UHGV virus genome: UHGV-1483955
Source: a virus
Length of the DNA stretch: 64,000 nt
Direction: 5' to 3' (one strand)
Below the pieces are notes generated by a model, which searched no databases, was not told where the DNA came from, and saw only the letters and a program-made list of their open reading frames with translations. Of this stretch, positions 49,730 to 59,252 are shown piece by piece. Positions within the stretch are counted from its first letter, which is position 1, and each line of letters opens with the position of its first letter. The position numbers were made by a program, and so were the translations under genes.

Positions 49730-49961
49730 ACAGAACGAAAAAGCTATCGCTCAAATTGCTGATTATATCCCGCGTGCGTGCCGGGGTATGCAGTTGCAGG
49801 AAGCCAAAGCGCGCCTGGAGAAAAAAATTGCGCTCTATATTGATGACGGCTGTGATTCCGCCGTTCTTAACGCGGCGTTCGCACCAGCTCTTAACTGTCA
49901 CACTCGGGAGTCTTTTTTTTCGTGCATCGCAGCGCAACTCCGCCAAGGAGGCAACCAGTGA
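49722..49961 (+). CDS. small protein ending in AAQLRQGGNQ (79 aa)
   Basis: C-terminal motif and junction shared with ORF 51749..52483. Confidence 0.3.
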   Translation: MFKQNEKAIAQIADYIPRACRGMQLQEAKARLEKKIALYIDDGCDSAVLNAAFAPALNCHTRESFFSCIAAQLRQGGNQ

Positions 49962-50602
49962 GTAACCGTTTTTACATGATGTGCTTGCGTGAAACTGTGG
50001 GTAATAACGCCTCATTCCATTGCCATAACGGCAATGGTTACAGTTCTGATATCGATCGCGCTCATATTTACACGCTGGAAGAAGCCCAAAAAGCCTGGAA
50101 TTGTGGGCGAGATATCGATCAGCCTGTTTGTGCCGATAGTGTGGATGCAATGGCTGTGTGGCACGTTGATTGCCAGTACATCCCTACAGAAAGCCTGATT
50201 GAGTCAGATTGCACTGAGTATGTGGCCTACAAAAAAGGTAGCTGGAACGGCAACGATGTTTACTGGCTTCAACACGGTGGATTGCCAACAGATGACTTCA
50301 GTAAAGCGACCATCTTTAGCGTCGTCAACAAAAACGAACCAGGAATAGTTTGGTTGCCATTTTCCATTGCTGATGCAGCAAAGCGCCGGACGTTCAATAT
50401 CAATAACTTTAACCGCAGAACAATGGTTCAGGGCGCAGGGTTGGTCATGCCTGACTGGTTGAAAGAGCAGAACAGAAGAAAGAAGTCGCGAAGCGGGAAG
50501 GTGCGTTGGAATTGTCCGCATTGCGGAAAAATAACCTGGCAGTACAGCCCATATGATTTTGAAGGCTGTAGTGATTACAACTGTGAAGGATGGCGAGAAT
50601 GA
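49922..50602 (+). CDS. Cys-rich hypothetical protein (likely GTG start at 49958)
   Basis: Several Cys/His pairs incl. C-terminal CPHCGKITW...CSDYNCEGW. Confidence 0.35.
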   Translation: MHRSATPPRRQPVSNRFYMMCLRETVGNNASFHCHNGNGYSSDIDRAHIYTLEEAQKAWNCGRDIDQPVCADSVDAMAVWHVDCQYIPTESLIESDCTEYVAYKKGSWNGNDVYWLQHGGLPTDDFSKATIFSVVNKNEPGIVWLPFSIADAAKRRTFNINNFNRRTMVQGAGLVMPDWLKEQNRRKKSRSGKVRWNCPHCGKITWQYSPYDFEGCSDYNCEGWRE

Positions 50603-51465
50603 CAATTGACTATCAGGTACTGCGTGAGGCGGCAGAAAAGGCAACACCAGACGAATGGGTCGCATTTATTTCGACGGATACTGGTACTTATGCGGTGCAC
50701 ACGCCCGGTGATGAACGATGTGAAGACGTTATCAAATGGACCGGCTTTGATGGACAGAAAAATGCAGAGAACAACGCTCGTTATGTTGCCGCGTTCAACC
50801 CAAAGGTTGCACTGGAGCTGCTTGGTGAAATTAAGCGCCTGGAGGACACAAATATTGATGCTATGTGTCGAATTGCAGAGCTTGAGACTAATCTCGCGGC
50901 GCTGGCAGCGGAGAATGCGGCGCTGAAGGCCGGGGCTATGTATTTCTCATATGGCTCTGAATTTAGTTTCGAGTGTCACAAAACTGCTGAGGAGGCTATC
51001 GCTGCTGCTGAGGCTGCAATTGACGACTATAGAGGCGATGCTTGCGATGGATGGAGCGAAGAGGTCGAAAGCATTTGCTGGGGGGTAATTATTCAGCAGG
51101 CAACCAAGGTCGGTGAACGCAAGAAGAGGAAATGCGACAGAGTATCACCATGGATTGAAAGAGTTTGTGATTATGAGCTTCGACCTAATGTCGAAATCCC
51201 AGCCACCGATGCTTTCCTGTCTGAAATTCGTGCGGAAGCACGCAACGAGGGGATTAACTATACCGCCAGCCGTCTTGCTGCTGCGTTCAATCACGGATTT
51301 ATCAATAAGTCTTTGCGTGAAGTTTTCGACGTTACACGCATGATTTTGTCAGCGAAAGAAGAGTTGGCTAATGAAGCGCATCCGATTGATGGCCTGTCTG
51401 GTGAATATGCGGAGAAATCCCTTGAAGAATGGGCGGAACAAATTCGCAAAGGAAGCAGCCAGTGA
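50590..51465 (+). CDS. Ea22/Ead-like family protein
   Basis: N-terminus MTIDYQVLREAAEKATPDEWVA ... FNPKVALELLGEI then coiled coil. Confidence 0.5.
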   Translation: MARMTIDYQVLREAAEKATPDEWVAFISTDTGTYAVHTPGDERCEDVIKWTGFDGQKNAENNARYVAAFNPKVALELLGEIKRLEDTNIDAMCRIAELETNLAALAAENAALKAGAMYFSYGSEFSFECHKTAEEAIAAAEAAIDDYRGDACDGWSEEVESICWGVIIQQATKVGERKKRKCDRVSPWIERVCDYELRPNVEIPATDAFLSEIRAEARNEGINYTASRLAAAFNHGFINKSLREVFDVTRMILSAKEELANEAHPIDGLSGEYAEKSLEEWAEQIRKGSSQ

Positions 51466-51752
51466 ATATCGACACGACAATAACGATCGATACGCTCCTA
51501 AATACCGGTCTGGCACTTCTCGGTTGGCTTTACATCATGTCCCGCACATGGCGATGGCTGGGTTCCATTTTCCTAAAACAGTGGAAAAAACGGCGCAAAC
51601 AGGAACTACGCCAGAAGGCATTAGAAGCGTTCTATGACGCATTTGAGCTTAGCCGCATTGAACCAGGTACAACAGCCAGGATAGCGACAAAAGGCGACCT
51701 GATGATAGTGATGTTCCGACAGGAGAGAGCAGAGAAAGGGGAATCAGCATGA
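51429..51752 (+). CDS. small membrane protein (likely GTG start at 51462)
   Basis: Hydrophobic segment LALLGWLYIM; start overlaps upstream stop. Confidence 0.3.
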   Translation: MGGTNSQRKQPVNIDTTITIDTLLNTGLALLGWLYIMSRTWRWLGSIFLKQWKKRRKQELRQKALEAFYDAFELSRIEPGTTARIATKGDLMIVMFRQERAEKGESA

Positions 51753-52483
51753 AATTTTCCAAATTTTCTGAGTTGGTGAATCGTATTTTGTCCAACAACC
51801 ACAGCCATCGTCGCGATATGGATGTAACAATCGTTGTTCATTCGCCTGGCAGCATTGGTTCAACACCTTCAGTTGAGGTTCAGTCAATTCACGCTGGTTT
51901 TGATTGGGATTCCGGGAAAGTGCTTATTTTCCCATCACAGCCACTGACCACGCTAACACCAGAACAGATTACTGATATCACTGATAGTGTGCGCAAAGGT
52001 CAGTCTTGGCACGCATATCAGGAATACAAGAAGCATCAAGAGCAGTTGGAAAAATTGTCGATTGAACTGGATGCCGCAAAACAGCGCATTGCAGAGCTGG
52101 AGGGTAATCGCACGGCGCTGGCAGTGGAGAATGAGCTGGCTCGTAAGGCAGTTCAGGCATTCTGCGATGTTGTTGGCGACAACACCGAGGTTATCGCTGA
52201 GGTGGTTGGGCGAGATGGCGTTCTGGTTATTTTGGAGGCCATGAAGGCAACAGGAAATATGCCAGCCACCGATGCTTTCCTGGCTGAAGTGCGGGCGCAG
52301 GGCGTGGATGCTGCTATAGAAGCTGCAAAAAATCTGGTGGCCCAAGAATATGAGTATAAGGATTTCAAAGCGGCGCAGAGTGATTGCTGTATGCACCCTG
52401 GTTCAGACCTGGTAGGGAAGGTTGAAATGACTGAGTGGTTAGTTGACTTTGCTGCCCAGCTTCGCAAAGGAGGCAACCAGTGA
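51749..52483 (+). CDS. Ea22-region paralogue
   Basis: Shares PATDAFLAEVRA block with 50590..51465 and C-terminal AAQLRKGGNQ with 49722..49961. Confidence 0.4.
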   Translation: MKFSKFSELVNRILSNNHSHRRDMDVTIVVHSPGSIGSTPSVEVQSIHAGFDWDSGKVLIFPSQPLTTLTPEQITDITDSVRKGQSWHAYQEYKKHQEQLEKLSIELDAAKQRIAELEGNRTALAVENELARKAVQAFCDVVGDNTEVIAEVVGRDGVLVILEAMKATGNMPATDAFLAEVRAQGVDAAIEAAKNLVAQEYEYKDFKAAQSDCCMHPGSDLVGKVEMTEWLVDFAAQLRKGGNQ

Positions 52484-53070
52484 GCAAGATTGATTATCAA
52501 AAGCTTCGTGAAATCGCTGAAAAAACAAAAATTGCTGGTGAAGCACCTGTAATGCCCTTCGATCAGCGAATTAATGCGCTTAACGATTTTATGAAGCACT
52601 TTTCGCCAGATATCGCGCTGGCACTGCTGGATGAACTGGAAAGAAACCAGCAATACATCAAACGCCGCGACCAGGAGAACGAGGAAATTGCTCTTACGGT
52701 TGGGAAGCTGCTAATCGAAAACGGCCGGCTTGTTGCCGATACGCTACGCCACTTAGCTGATAACGAAATCGACTCTGATTATTTTGCTATCACCTCAACG
52801 AATGAGAACGGTACTGAAATTGATCATGAGATGGCTATTACCGATTACGCACTGCAAGCTGCCGGAACTGTAGACGAATTGGTTGCGGCGCTGGAATCCG
52901 CAGAGAAGCGCATAGCAGAACTGGAAGCACGGGAAATATCGCTCCCAGAACGTAGCAGCATGCTTCATCGAACAGATTTTCACGAGGATTACCAAACGGT
53001 AATGGCATACAAAGTTTCTGAGGTCATCGCTGCAATCCGCGCCGCTGGCATTCGCATCAAAGGAGAGTGA
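52480..53070 (+). CDS. Ea22/Ead-like family protein
   Basis: N-terminus SKIDYQKLREIAEK ... IALALLDELE; GTG start overlapping upstream stop. Confidence 0.45.
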   Translation: MSKIDYQKLREIAEKTKIAGEAPVMPFDQRINALNDFMKHFSPDIALALLDELERNQQYIKRRDQENEEIALTVGKLLIENGRLVADTLRHLADNEIDSDYFAITSTNENGTEIDHEMAITDYALQAAGTVDELVAALESAEKRIAELEAREISLPERSSMLHRTDFHEDYQTVMAYKVSEVIAAIRAAGIRIKGE

Positions 53071-53071
53071 T

Positions 53072-54034
53072 ATGAGCGCTATAACCAAAGAACGTATCAA
53101 ATTATTCATTAAAAATCCGCTTGATAACGGACTTACTCGTGGCGAACAAATGGAACTGGCACGAATTGCGCTGGCATCGCTGGAAGCAGAACCGGTGGCA
53201 TGGACTGATGAAGAGGAACTGCGCGATGTCAGGAAGTATGGTTTCGGTGAGATATTTCAGTGTCCGCCAGATAAATATGCGGACCCGCGTCGTGTAATCT
53301 CGCTGTATCGCGAGCTGCCAGCACCGGTAGTGCCAGATGATTGGCAACTCGTACCTAAGAAAATAACACTGGAAATGGAATGTGCTCTATCAAAAGCTGA
53401 TAGCTATGAAATTGGTTGGCTATGGGCATTGGCAGCCGCACCTAAATACGAAGTACAGAACGCTAAACGCGTGCAAAACGCGCTTAACGCCTGCCGCGCC
53501 GCCATGCTTCAGTCCGGAAACTTTCGGGAAAACAAGAATTCGTCAACCAATAATTTTCGGGAAATCGCGGAAACGTCAACCAACTATCCGGCAATTCCTA
53601 GTGAGGTGTTGTCCGCAATCCTGAAGGTTGCCAGGATTCGTGCCGATTTCGATGATTTTGACGGTGACAGGCGAGGTATCGGTGATTGTCTGGATGAGGC
53701 TGAGCAAGAGCTTATCGTTACCATTAACAAATATGCCAGTCAGTTGGCAGCAGAACCGATAGCGACTAATGACGTTCGAGAGCAGCAGACAGCCATTCCG
53801 CAAGTTCCGGTAACTCCGGATGGTTGGATAAGCTGTAGTGAGCGAATGCCGAATACCAAAACGGCCGTTCTTGTTGCCGTGGAGTTTGACAGGAAAGGTG
53901 ACTGGCGAATGAAATGGGCTACTTACATCCCGGGGCATCCTGACGCTAATGATGGGTGGATAATTCCTGGTGCGTCGTGGAAACCGTCACACTGGATGCC
54001 GCTACCAGAACCGCCGCAGGAGGTGAATCAATGA
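53072..54034 (+). CDS. DUF551-containing protein
   Basis: C-terminal WISCSERMPN...PSHWMPLPEPP, the DUF551 hallmark ending. Confidence 0.55.
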   Translation: MSAITKERIKLFIKNPLDNGLTRGEQMELARIALASLEAEPVAWTDEEELRDVRKYGFGEIFQCPPDKYADPRRVISLYRELPAPVVPDDWQLVPKKITLEMECALSKADSYEIGWLWALAAAPKYEVQNAKRVQNALNACRAAMLQSGNFRENKNSSTNNFREIAETSTNYPAIPSEVLSAILKVARIRADFDDFDGDRRGIGDCLDEAEQELIVTINKYASQLAAEPIATNDVREQQTAIPQVPVTPDGWISCSERMPNTKTAVLVAVEFDRKGDWRMKWATYIPGHPDANDGWIIPGASWKPSHWMPLPEPPQEVNQ

Positions 54035-54116
54035 GCTGGCCTGAAGCATTCGCAACGGTAGGAATTGTGATGGCGGCAGCACTGGGTTTGTATTCAATTT
54101 GTCGCTGGTGGTAACG

Positions 54117-54350
54117 ATGGGGAAATTAACTTTTGTAGTCGAATTTGAGGATGGTAAAGAGCCACCTGTTAGCGCCAATCTTGATGTTGCTGGTGGCAGG
54201 CTTGTTTCGGTTCTATTTGGTGACTACCGAGATGACTTCTTCCAACCAGAAGAAGTTGATGTAGTGCGAGAGGCATTAAACGAGTTAAGTGTTGATAACG
54301 ATGATGCTCATGCGGAAATCATCCAAAAAATGGAACTGCTAACTCACTAA
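54117..54350 (+). CDS. small acidic protein (77 aa from ATG 54117)
   Basis: Net strongly negative (many D/E); ORF track gives 54099 as upstream alternative start. Confidence 0.35.
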   Translation: MGKLTFVVEFEDGKEPPVSANLDVAGGRLVSVLFGDYRDDFFQPEEVDVVREALNELSVDNDDAHAEIIQKMELLTH

Positions 54351-54398
54351 ATTATCAATTATGGTGCTATCACCTACGACACCGAGAGAGAATTTATA

Positions 54399-54521
54399 AT
54401 GTCAAAAGTAAATGTTTTGATTTTTTCAGCAATTGTTGGCTTTGGTTTTACTGCCGGAGTGCAGATTTATATTACGTGGGAAAAAATCATCAACTACGCA
54501 TGGAGTTGTTTTATTAAGTGA
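54399..54521 (+). CDS. 40-aa hydrophobic peptide
   Basis: MSKVNVLIFSAIVGFGFTAGVQIYITWEKIINYAWSCFIK; not in ORF track. Confidence 0.3.
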   Translation: MSKVNVLIFSAIVGFGFTAGVQIYITWEKIINYAWSCFIK

Positions 54522-54528
54522 GGTAAGT

Positions 54529-54822
54529 ATGTGGAGAGGTAATAGTCATGGCAAAAGCCAGATGATACTTACCGAATATCAGTTTGACCATAAAACCAAT
54601 AAATCACGTTCAGTATATTTGCTTCGGCACAATAGCCGCGTAAGGAATACCGTGCTGGAGCAAAATCTGACTGTTGAAATGGATAATTACGGGGGCTTCA
54701 AGCCAACAATTTCGCTTGATGATTTTCCTCGTGGTTTAAGCGAAAGAGAAGCAATGCTGAAATTAGCAGAATGGCTACAAAGATTAAGCATTGCTATTGA
54801 AGATAACTGGTCTGAACCTTAA
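54529..54822 (+). CDS. hypothetical protein (97 aa)
   Basis: Internal ATG of ORF 54433..54822, preceded by GAGGTAA. Confidence 0.35.
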   Translation: MWRGNSHGKSQMILTEYQFDHKTNKSRSVYLLRHNSRVRNTVLEQNLTVEMDNYGGFKPTISLDDFPRGLSEREAMLKLAEWLQRLSIAIEDNWSEP

Positions 54823-54828
54823 ATTTAT

Positions 54829-55203
54829 ATGATGACACTAAAACATTTTCTTGACCGCCCATTATGGGCGGCAGCCGCAGGCTATGACTTTAATTATATG
54901 GATTGCATGTCTTATACCGCCAATGCATACGACCATTCCTTCAGTCTGCTGTTTAATTCTTTAAGAATATTGCCGCAAACAGAAGTTGGAGAGCTTCATT
55001 TATGGCTATTGGGCTTTATCGCGGCTGTCGTTGGTATTGCTGTATGGCCTTTTATTTTCTGGCTGGTGGCTGTTGTAGTGTGGGTTAAGTGCAAGACATA
55101 CCGGAAAAAGTATTTCTTAGGTGATGGAATGACTGATATTGCCAAAATGAACATTGAAGAATGGACTAAGGAATGTGAAAAGAAATGGCGCAAAAAGAAA
55201 TGA
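54829..55203 (+). CDS. membrane protein (124 aa)
   Basis: Hydrophobic stretch LWLLGFIAAVVGIAVWPFIFWLVAVVVWV. Confidence 0.4.
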   Translation: MMTLKHFLDRPLWAAAAGYDFNYMDCMSYTANAYDHSFSLLFNSLRILPQTEVGELHLWLLGFIAAVVGIAVWPFIFWLVAVVVWVKCKTYRKKYFLGDGMTDIAKMNIEEWTKECEKKWRKKK

Positions 55204-55835
55204 CCAGAATCACTGAAGAGCGCATATCAGAGATTATTTCCCGTATCGAAATGTATGGTCACGGTGCTGGATATACGGCAGATGAAGTATTGGAAATAGC
55301 CCAGCAGATGCTGGCCTTGAGACAAAAAGAGCAACATGAAAGTAATACGTGTAGATTGAATTTTGAGCATTGGCTGGAACAGCAACGCGGGAAAATCGAT
55401 GTGGACTGTGGTTGTGTGTCCACTGAAACATTCATGCACTGGCTGCGGGTAGCTTACGAGGCTGGCAACTATCCGGATATTCCGGATAGTTCGGTGCCAG
55501 CACCAGGAAAGGGCGTCACCGGTGAACGTATCCGAATTAAGCCGCATGTTTATCGCGAACTGGTTAACCGTCTCCACGATACAGCGATCAAGTGTGCTGG
55601 CACCCAGCAATTACGAGAAAGAATTAGCCGTGTTTTGGGCGACGTTATTACACCAGATCATCATAAACAAGCCGAGAAAAGTGGCCTGGAAAGGTGTCGC
55701 CTTGAGGCGGCATTAAACATTAAGCCGGGGCATACGCTTGGCATTATTGATGCACTATTGGTTCATAAGATGGCCAGGGCTTTATTGCCGCTGGTGGCTG
55801 AAAAGCATGAGGTGGACCATGCCAACGAAAGCTGA
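55185..55835 (+). CDS. hypothetical protein (216 aa)
   Basis: Overlapping stop/start with neighbours. Confidence 0.4.
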   Translation: MAQKEMTRITEERISEIISRIEMYGHGAGYTADEVLEIAQQMLALRQKEQHESNTCRLNFEHWLEQQRGKIDVDCGCVSTETFMHWLRVAYEAGNYPDIPDSSVPAPGKGVTGERIRIKPHVYRELVNRLHDTAIKCAGTQQLRERISRVLGDVITPDHHKQAEKSGLERCRLEAALNIKPGHTLGIIDALLVHKMARALLPLVAEKHEVDHANES

Positions 55836-56103
55836 ATTACAGGTGCGCGTAGATGAGCTTGAAAAAGAGAACGCGAGCCTCAAAAAAATGCTGTCGCGGG
55901 CGGAAAGGGAATTATCAGGCAAATTATTGCCAGAAGAACTGCCACCAGCAGATATACCTGATCGAGTGTCCTGGTGGATGAAGTATTTCCGTGCACCGTG
56001 GGAGGCGTTTTGGTGCTACGACCATCGCAGATGGTGTGATGAACTTGATAGCAATTTTCCCTACTTTGCGGAAGGGAACACCTGCCCTCAATGCAGGGGA
56101 TAG
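55738..56103 (+). CDS. small protein with coiled-coil N-terminus and C-terminal Cys pair
   Basis: ELQVRVDELEKENASLKKML ... CPQCRG. Confidence 0.35.
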   Translation: MALLMHYWFIRWPGLYCRWWLKSMRWTMPTKAELQVRVDELEKENASLKKMLSRAERELSGKLLPEELPPADIPDRVSWWMKYFRAPWEAFWCYDHRRWCDELDSNFPYFAEGNTCPQCRG

Positions 56104-56438
56104 CATTTGACGAAATCGATCACCCTATCCTGAACTTCAGAAAGAAGGTCTTTTTCACGCGCCAGGACGTCAGGATATTGACGTTCTGGCCTTACCAGAT
56201 GCCGGAGCTTCCCATTAAGCAGAATGGCCTCAGAAAACACTTTTACGCTGTGCTTTATCCCCTCTGTTTCACTTTTCAGCGTCAAAATAAAGCGCAATTG
56301 CTTATTAGCCTGATTCGGATTCAATACACGAATTTGCAGTTCGTCTATGCTGTTTCGCAATGGGATTGATGCCACCACACTGGTGCAGTCTCTGATTGTC
56401 TGAATTGAACGGCTAACATTGAGAACGTTATTGTGCAT
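56088..56438 (-). CDS. hypothetical protein on opposite strand (116 aa)
   Basis: ATG at 56438; convergent with upstream plus-strand genes. Confidence 0.3.
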   Translation of the reverse strand: MHNNVLNVSRSIQTIRDCTSVVASIPLRNSIDELQIRVLNPNQANKQLRFILTLKSETEGIKHSVKVFSEAILLNGKLRHLVRPERQYPDVLAREKDLLSEVQDRVIDFVKCYPLH

Positions 56439-56470
56439 GTGCCTGATCCACTAACTCCTGGAGGTTTCTT

Positions 56471-56722
56471 GTGTCAGATCGAAATATAGCAGCTAAAAGC
56501 CAGGAAGAGCGAGACAAGGTGAACGTAGACCTTGCCGCCAGCGGCGTTGCTTACAAAGAACGGCTGAATATACCTGTGATTGCAGAGCAGGTGGCCCGTG
56601 AGCAACCGGAAAACCTGCGCGCCTATTTCATGGAACGGCTACGGCACTACCGGCAGTTAAGCCTCCAGTTGCCAAAAGGGAGCGATCCGGTGTATCAGAA
56701 CGAGGATGCACCAAAAAAATAA
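56471..56722 (+). CDS. hot: DNA polymerase III theta-subunit homologue (Hot)
   Basis: [43 protein letters not shown] resembles HolE/theta. Confidence 0.7.
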   Translation: MSDRNIAAKSQEERDKVNVDLAASGVAYKERLNIPVIAEQVAREQPENLRAYFMERLRHYRQLSLQLPKGSDPVYQNEDAPKK

Positions 56723-56807
56723 CGGCAAGATGGGGGAGAAATGTGATTAGCCCCCAGCGTGGCGCGCCTACAAACCCCGCTTTCACAAACTATGCCTTTT
56801 CAATGTA

Positions 56808-56827
56808 TACTGTATGAATAAACAGTA
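56808..56827. promoter_or_regulatory. LexA box (SOS operator)
   Basis: TACTGTATGAATAAACAGTA (CTGT-N8-ACAG) ~20 nt upstream of humD. Confidence 0.7.
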
Positions 56828-56845
56828 TCATTGAGGTAAAACGCT

Positions 56846-57235
56846 ATGGGCTTCCCTTCTCCTGCGGCGGATTATGTTGAAAGCCGAATTTCTCTTGATC
56901 AGCAGATAATTAGACATCCTTCAGCGACCTACTTCATGCGGGCAGCTGATAGCCATCACCGTGAGGGAATATTGCAGGGTGCTTTGCTGGTGGTTGATTC
57001 CTCGCTTACTCCGGTTGATGGTTCTCTGCTTGTGTGCGCTATGGAGGGTGAATATCGCATAAAGAGATACAGGAAGTATCCGCGCCAGCACCTGGAGGAC
57101 TTAAGCACCGGGAAGAAAGAGGCGTTACCAGTAGATGACGATGGATACACGGGCAGTAATGCTGTTTTTGGTGTGATCACTCATGTCATCAATGATGCCC
57201 GAAGTGGGGAATTTGATGATTGTCCGGTTATTTAA
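56846..57235 (+). CDS. humD: UmuD-like protein (HumD)
   Basis: 129 aa, S24 peptidase-like / UmuD' fold pattern (RISLDQQI...ATYFMRA...GALLVVDSS...). Confidence 0.85.
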   Translation: MGFPSPAADYVESRISLDQQIIRHPSATYFMRAADSHHREGILQGALLVVDSSLTPVDGSLLVCAMEGEYRIKRYRKYPRQHLEDLSTGKKEALPVDDDGYTGSNAVFGVITHVINDARSGEFDDCPVI

Positions 57236-57307
57236 GCTGCAAAGTGCTGGTGCTTTATGCCTGTGAAGTTTATAATTGTGTACACATAACGAGTACACGA
57301 GGTGTTT

Positions 57308-57529
57308 ATGCAATCCATTAACTTCCGTACCGCGCGCGGCAACCTTTCTGAAGTGCTCAACAATGTTGAAGCCGGGGAAGAGGTTGAAATCACCCGCAGA
57401 GGCCGTGAGCCAGCAGTAATTGTCAGCAAGGCTACTTTCGAAGCCTACAAAAAAGCGGCGCTGGATGCTGAATTTGCATCCCTGTTTGACACCCTGGACT
57501 CCACCAACAAGGAACTGGTTAACCGATAA
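57308..57529 (+). CDS. phd: Phd antitoxin
   Basis: [73 protein letters not shown] (73 aa) matches P1 Phd as recalled. Confidence 0.9.
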   Translation: MQSINFRTARGNLSEVLNNVEAGEEVEITRRGREPAVIVSKATFEAYKKAALDAEFASLFDTLDSTNKELVNR

Positions 57530-57909
57530 TGAGGCATATATCACCGGAAGAACTTATTGCGCTTCATGATGCGAATATAAACCGCTACGGCGGCCTGCCG
57601 GGAATGTCTGATCCGGGTAGGGCAGAGGCCATTATCGGGAGAGTTCAGGCCAGAGTTGCCTACGAAGAGATCACCGACCTTTTCGAAGTCTCCGCCACCT
57701 ACCTGGTGGCTACAGCGAGAGGGCATATATTCAATGATGCCAATAAGCGTACCGCGCTAAACAGTGCGCTGCTATTTCTACGCCGTAACGGGGTGCAGGT
57801 ATTTGATTCACCTGAACTGGCAGACCTTACCGTAGGGACTGCGACAGGCGAGATATCTGTATCTACTGTCGCCGCCACGTTACGTAGATTGTATGGTTCT
57901 GCGGAGTAG
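57529..57909 (+). CDS. doc: Doc toxin (Fic-fold kinase)
   Basis: 126 aa; ATG overlaps phd stop (TAATG); motif [12 protein letters not shown]. Confidence 0.9.
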
Positions 57910-58093
57910 ATTAATGGCACGCAAATGCAACAAATTGTCCCATAAAGCGTTAAAGATGCTTCTTGATGGTGTGAGTCGCCGCGAGGTAAAGCAATACCTG
58001 GTTGGTAAGCAAATTGGTGCCAGGACCGCTATTGCTGTGTTATGCCGTCAGGAAATGGTTGTGCTTAAACAGAGAATGCCGGGCAGCAGATAA
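57893..58093 (+). CDS. small basic protein (start uncertain)
   Basis: Short ORF overlapping doc end. Confidence 0.25.
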   Translation: MVLRSRLMARKCNKLSHKALKMLLDGVSRREVKQYLVGKQIGARTAIAVLCRQEMVVLKQRMPGSR

Positions 58094-58120
58094 AGCCCAA
58101 TCAGTGATGAAAGGTGTGAT

Positions 58121-59164
58121 GTGAAAGCCATTATTACTCCCTTTGTACAAAAAGAGCTTGGCGTCGCCACATTCAAAGTGGATCAGGAAGTCAGAAAGCT
58201 GGTGGAGGCTGGCCGTAAATTTATTATGGAGCCGGTGCCGCGTGAGTTAATCGAGCACATGGAAGACGGCCTCGTTGTTTCCGAGCAAACCATGGCAACA
58301 AATGAGGTGTTGCAGCCGTTTTTTAACAGCGATGAGCTGTTTCGTCGTATTGGTGGAATTGACGCGCTGGTGGCGTGGTTGCGCAGGAAAGAGGGGCGAT
58401 GCCAGGCCGCAGATCGTAGCTGGTGTGACAACCATATTGTCCACGCTGAACGAGACAATAGCGCGGTGTTGTTGTGCTGGCATCACGATAACCATTACCG
58501 GATGCGTGGTTTTAATGAGCTGAAAGAAACGCTGCATAATAATCGCGTTAACTGGATACTGGATGTCGCCCGTCAGGAAATGGGGCTTTCAGATGGCCAT
58601 GATTTAAGTATTCAGGAACTGTGCTGGTGGGCTTTCATGCGCAACATGATGCACCTGATGCCGGAAGAAGTTTGCCGTATATCAATAAATAAGATGAAAG
58701 CCGCAACGCAGGATAGCGGACCTCTGAAAGAGGCGGATATTCGCCCGTATGACGATCGCGCTACAGCATATGTTCAGATGATGGAAGAACGCGCCGCGCC
58801 GATGCGTGCAAAAGTATGCTCTGTGGATGTTGACTCCGACCCTGGCATGGCGCATTTCAAAATACCAAAACTGCAATCGCTAAAATTACCTGAGTACATG
58901 GACTTTGTTGCTTCCCGTCCATGCTGTGGGTGTGGAGCGGCGGGAGCTGGCGCTCACATTACGCCTTATATCGTTCGTCATAGTCGATTATGCGCGCATG
59001 ACATTTACGCAATTCCTCTATGCCAGTCATGCCAGCGTGATATTGAGCGTGACCGCGATAATTGGGAGAAGACGCACGGTAGGCTGGCGATGCATCAACG
59101 ATTGTTCTTTGATTACGCGCTTGGAGTCGGCGCTATCACAAGTCACTCGTCGAGCGTTAGATAA
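58121..59164 (+). CDS. Cys/His-rich hypothetical protein (347 aa)
   Basis: C-terminal [12 protein letters not shown] ... CAHD ... CQSCQ cluster. Confidence 0.45.
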   Translation: MKAIITPFVQKELGVATFKVDQEVRKLVEAGRKFIMEPVPRELIEHMEDGLVVSEQTMATNEVLQPFFNSDELFRRIGGIDALVAWLRRKEGRCQAADRSWCDNHIVHAERDNSAVLLCWHHDNHYRMRGFNELKETLHNNRVNWILDVARQEMGLSDGHDLSIQELCWWAFMRNMMHLMPEEVCRISINKMKAATQDSGPLKEADIRPYDDRATAYVQMMEERAAPMRAKVCSVDVDSDPGMAHFKIPKLQSLKLPEYMDFVASRPCCGCGAAGAGAHITPYIVRHSRLCAHDIYAIPLCQSCQRDIERDRDNWEKTHGRLAMHQRLFFDYALGVGAITSHSSSVR

Positions 59165-59180
59165 AATTGCTCTAATGTAT
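59164..59180. promoter_or_regulatory. C1 operator-like site (weaker)
   Basis: ATTGCTCTAATGTATTG. Confidence 0.4.
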
Positions 59181-59252
59181 TGCTATTTCTTTAATCGAGG
59201 GTATTATATTCCACGTTGATTAGTTGACATGGGCTAATCAGTAGGTGACAGG

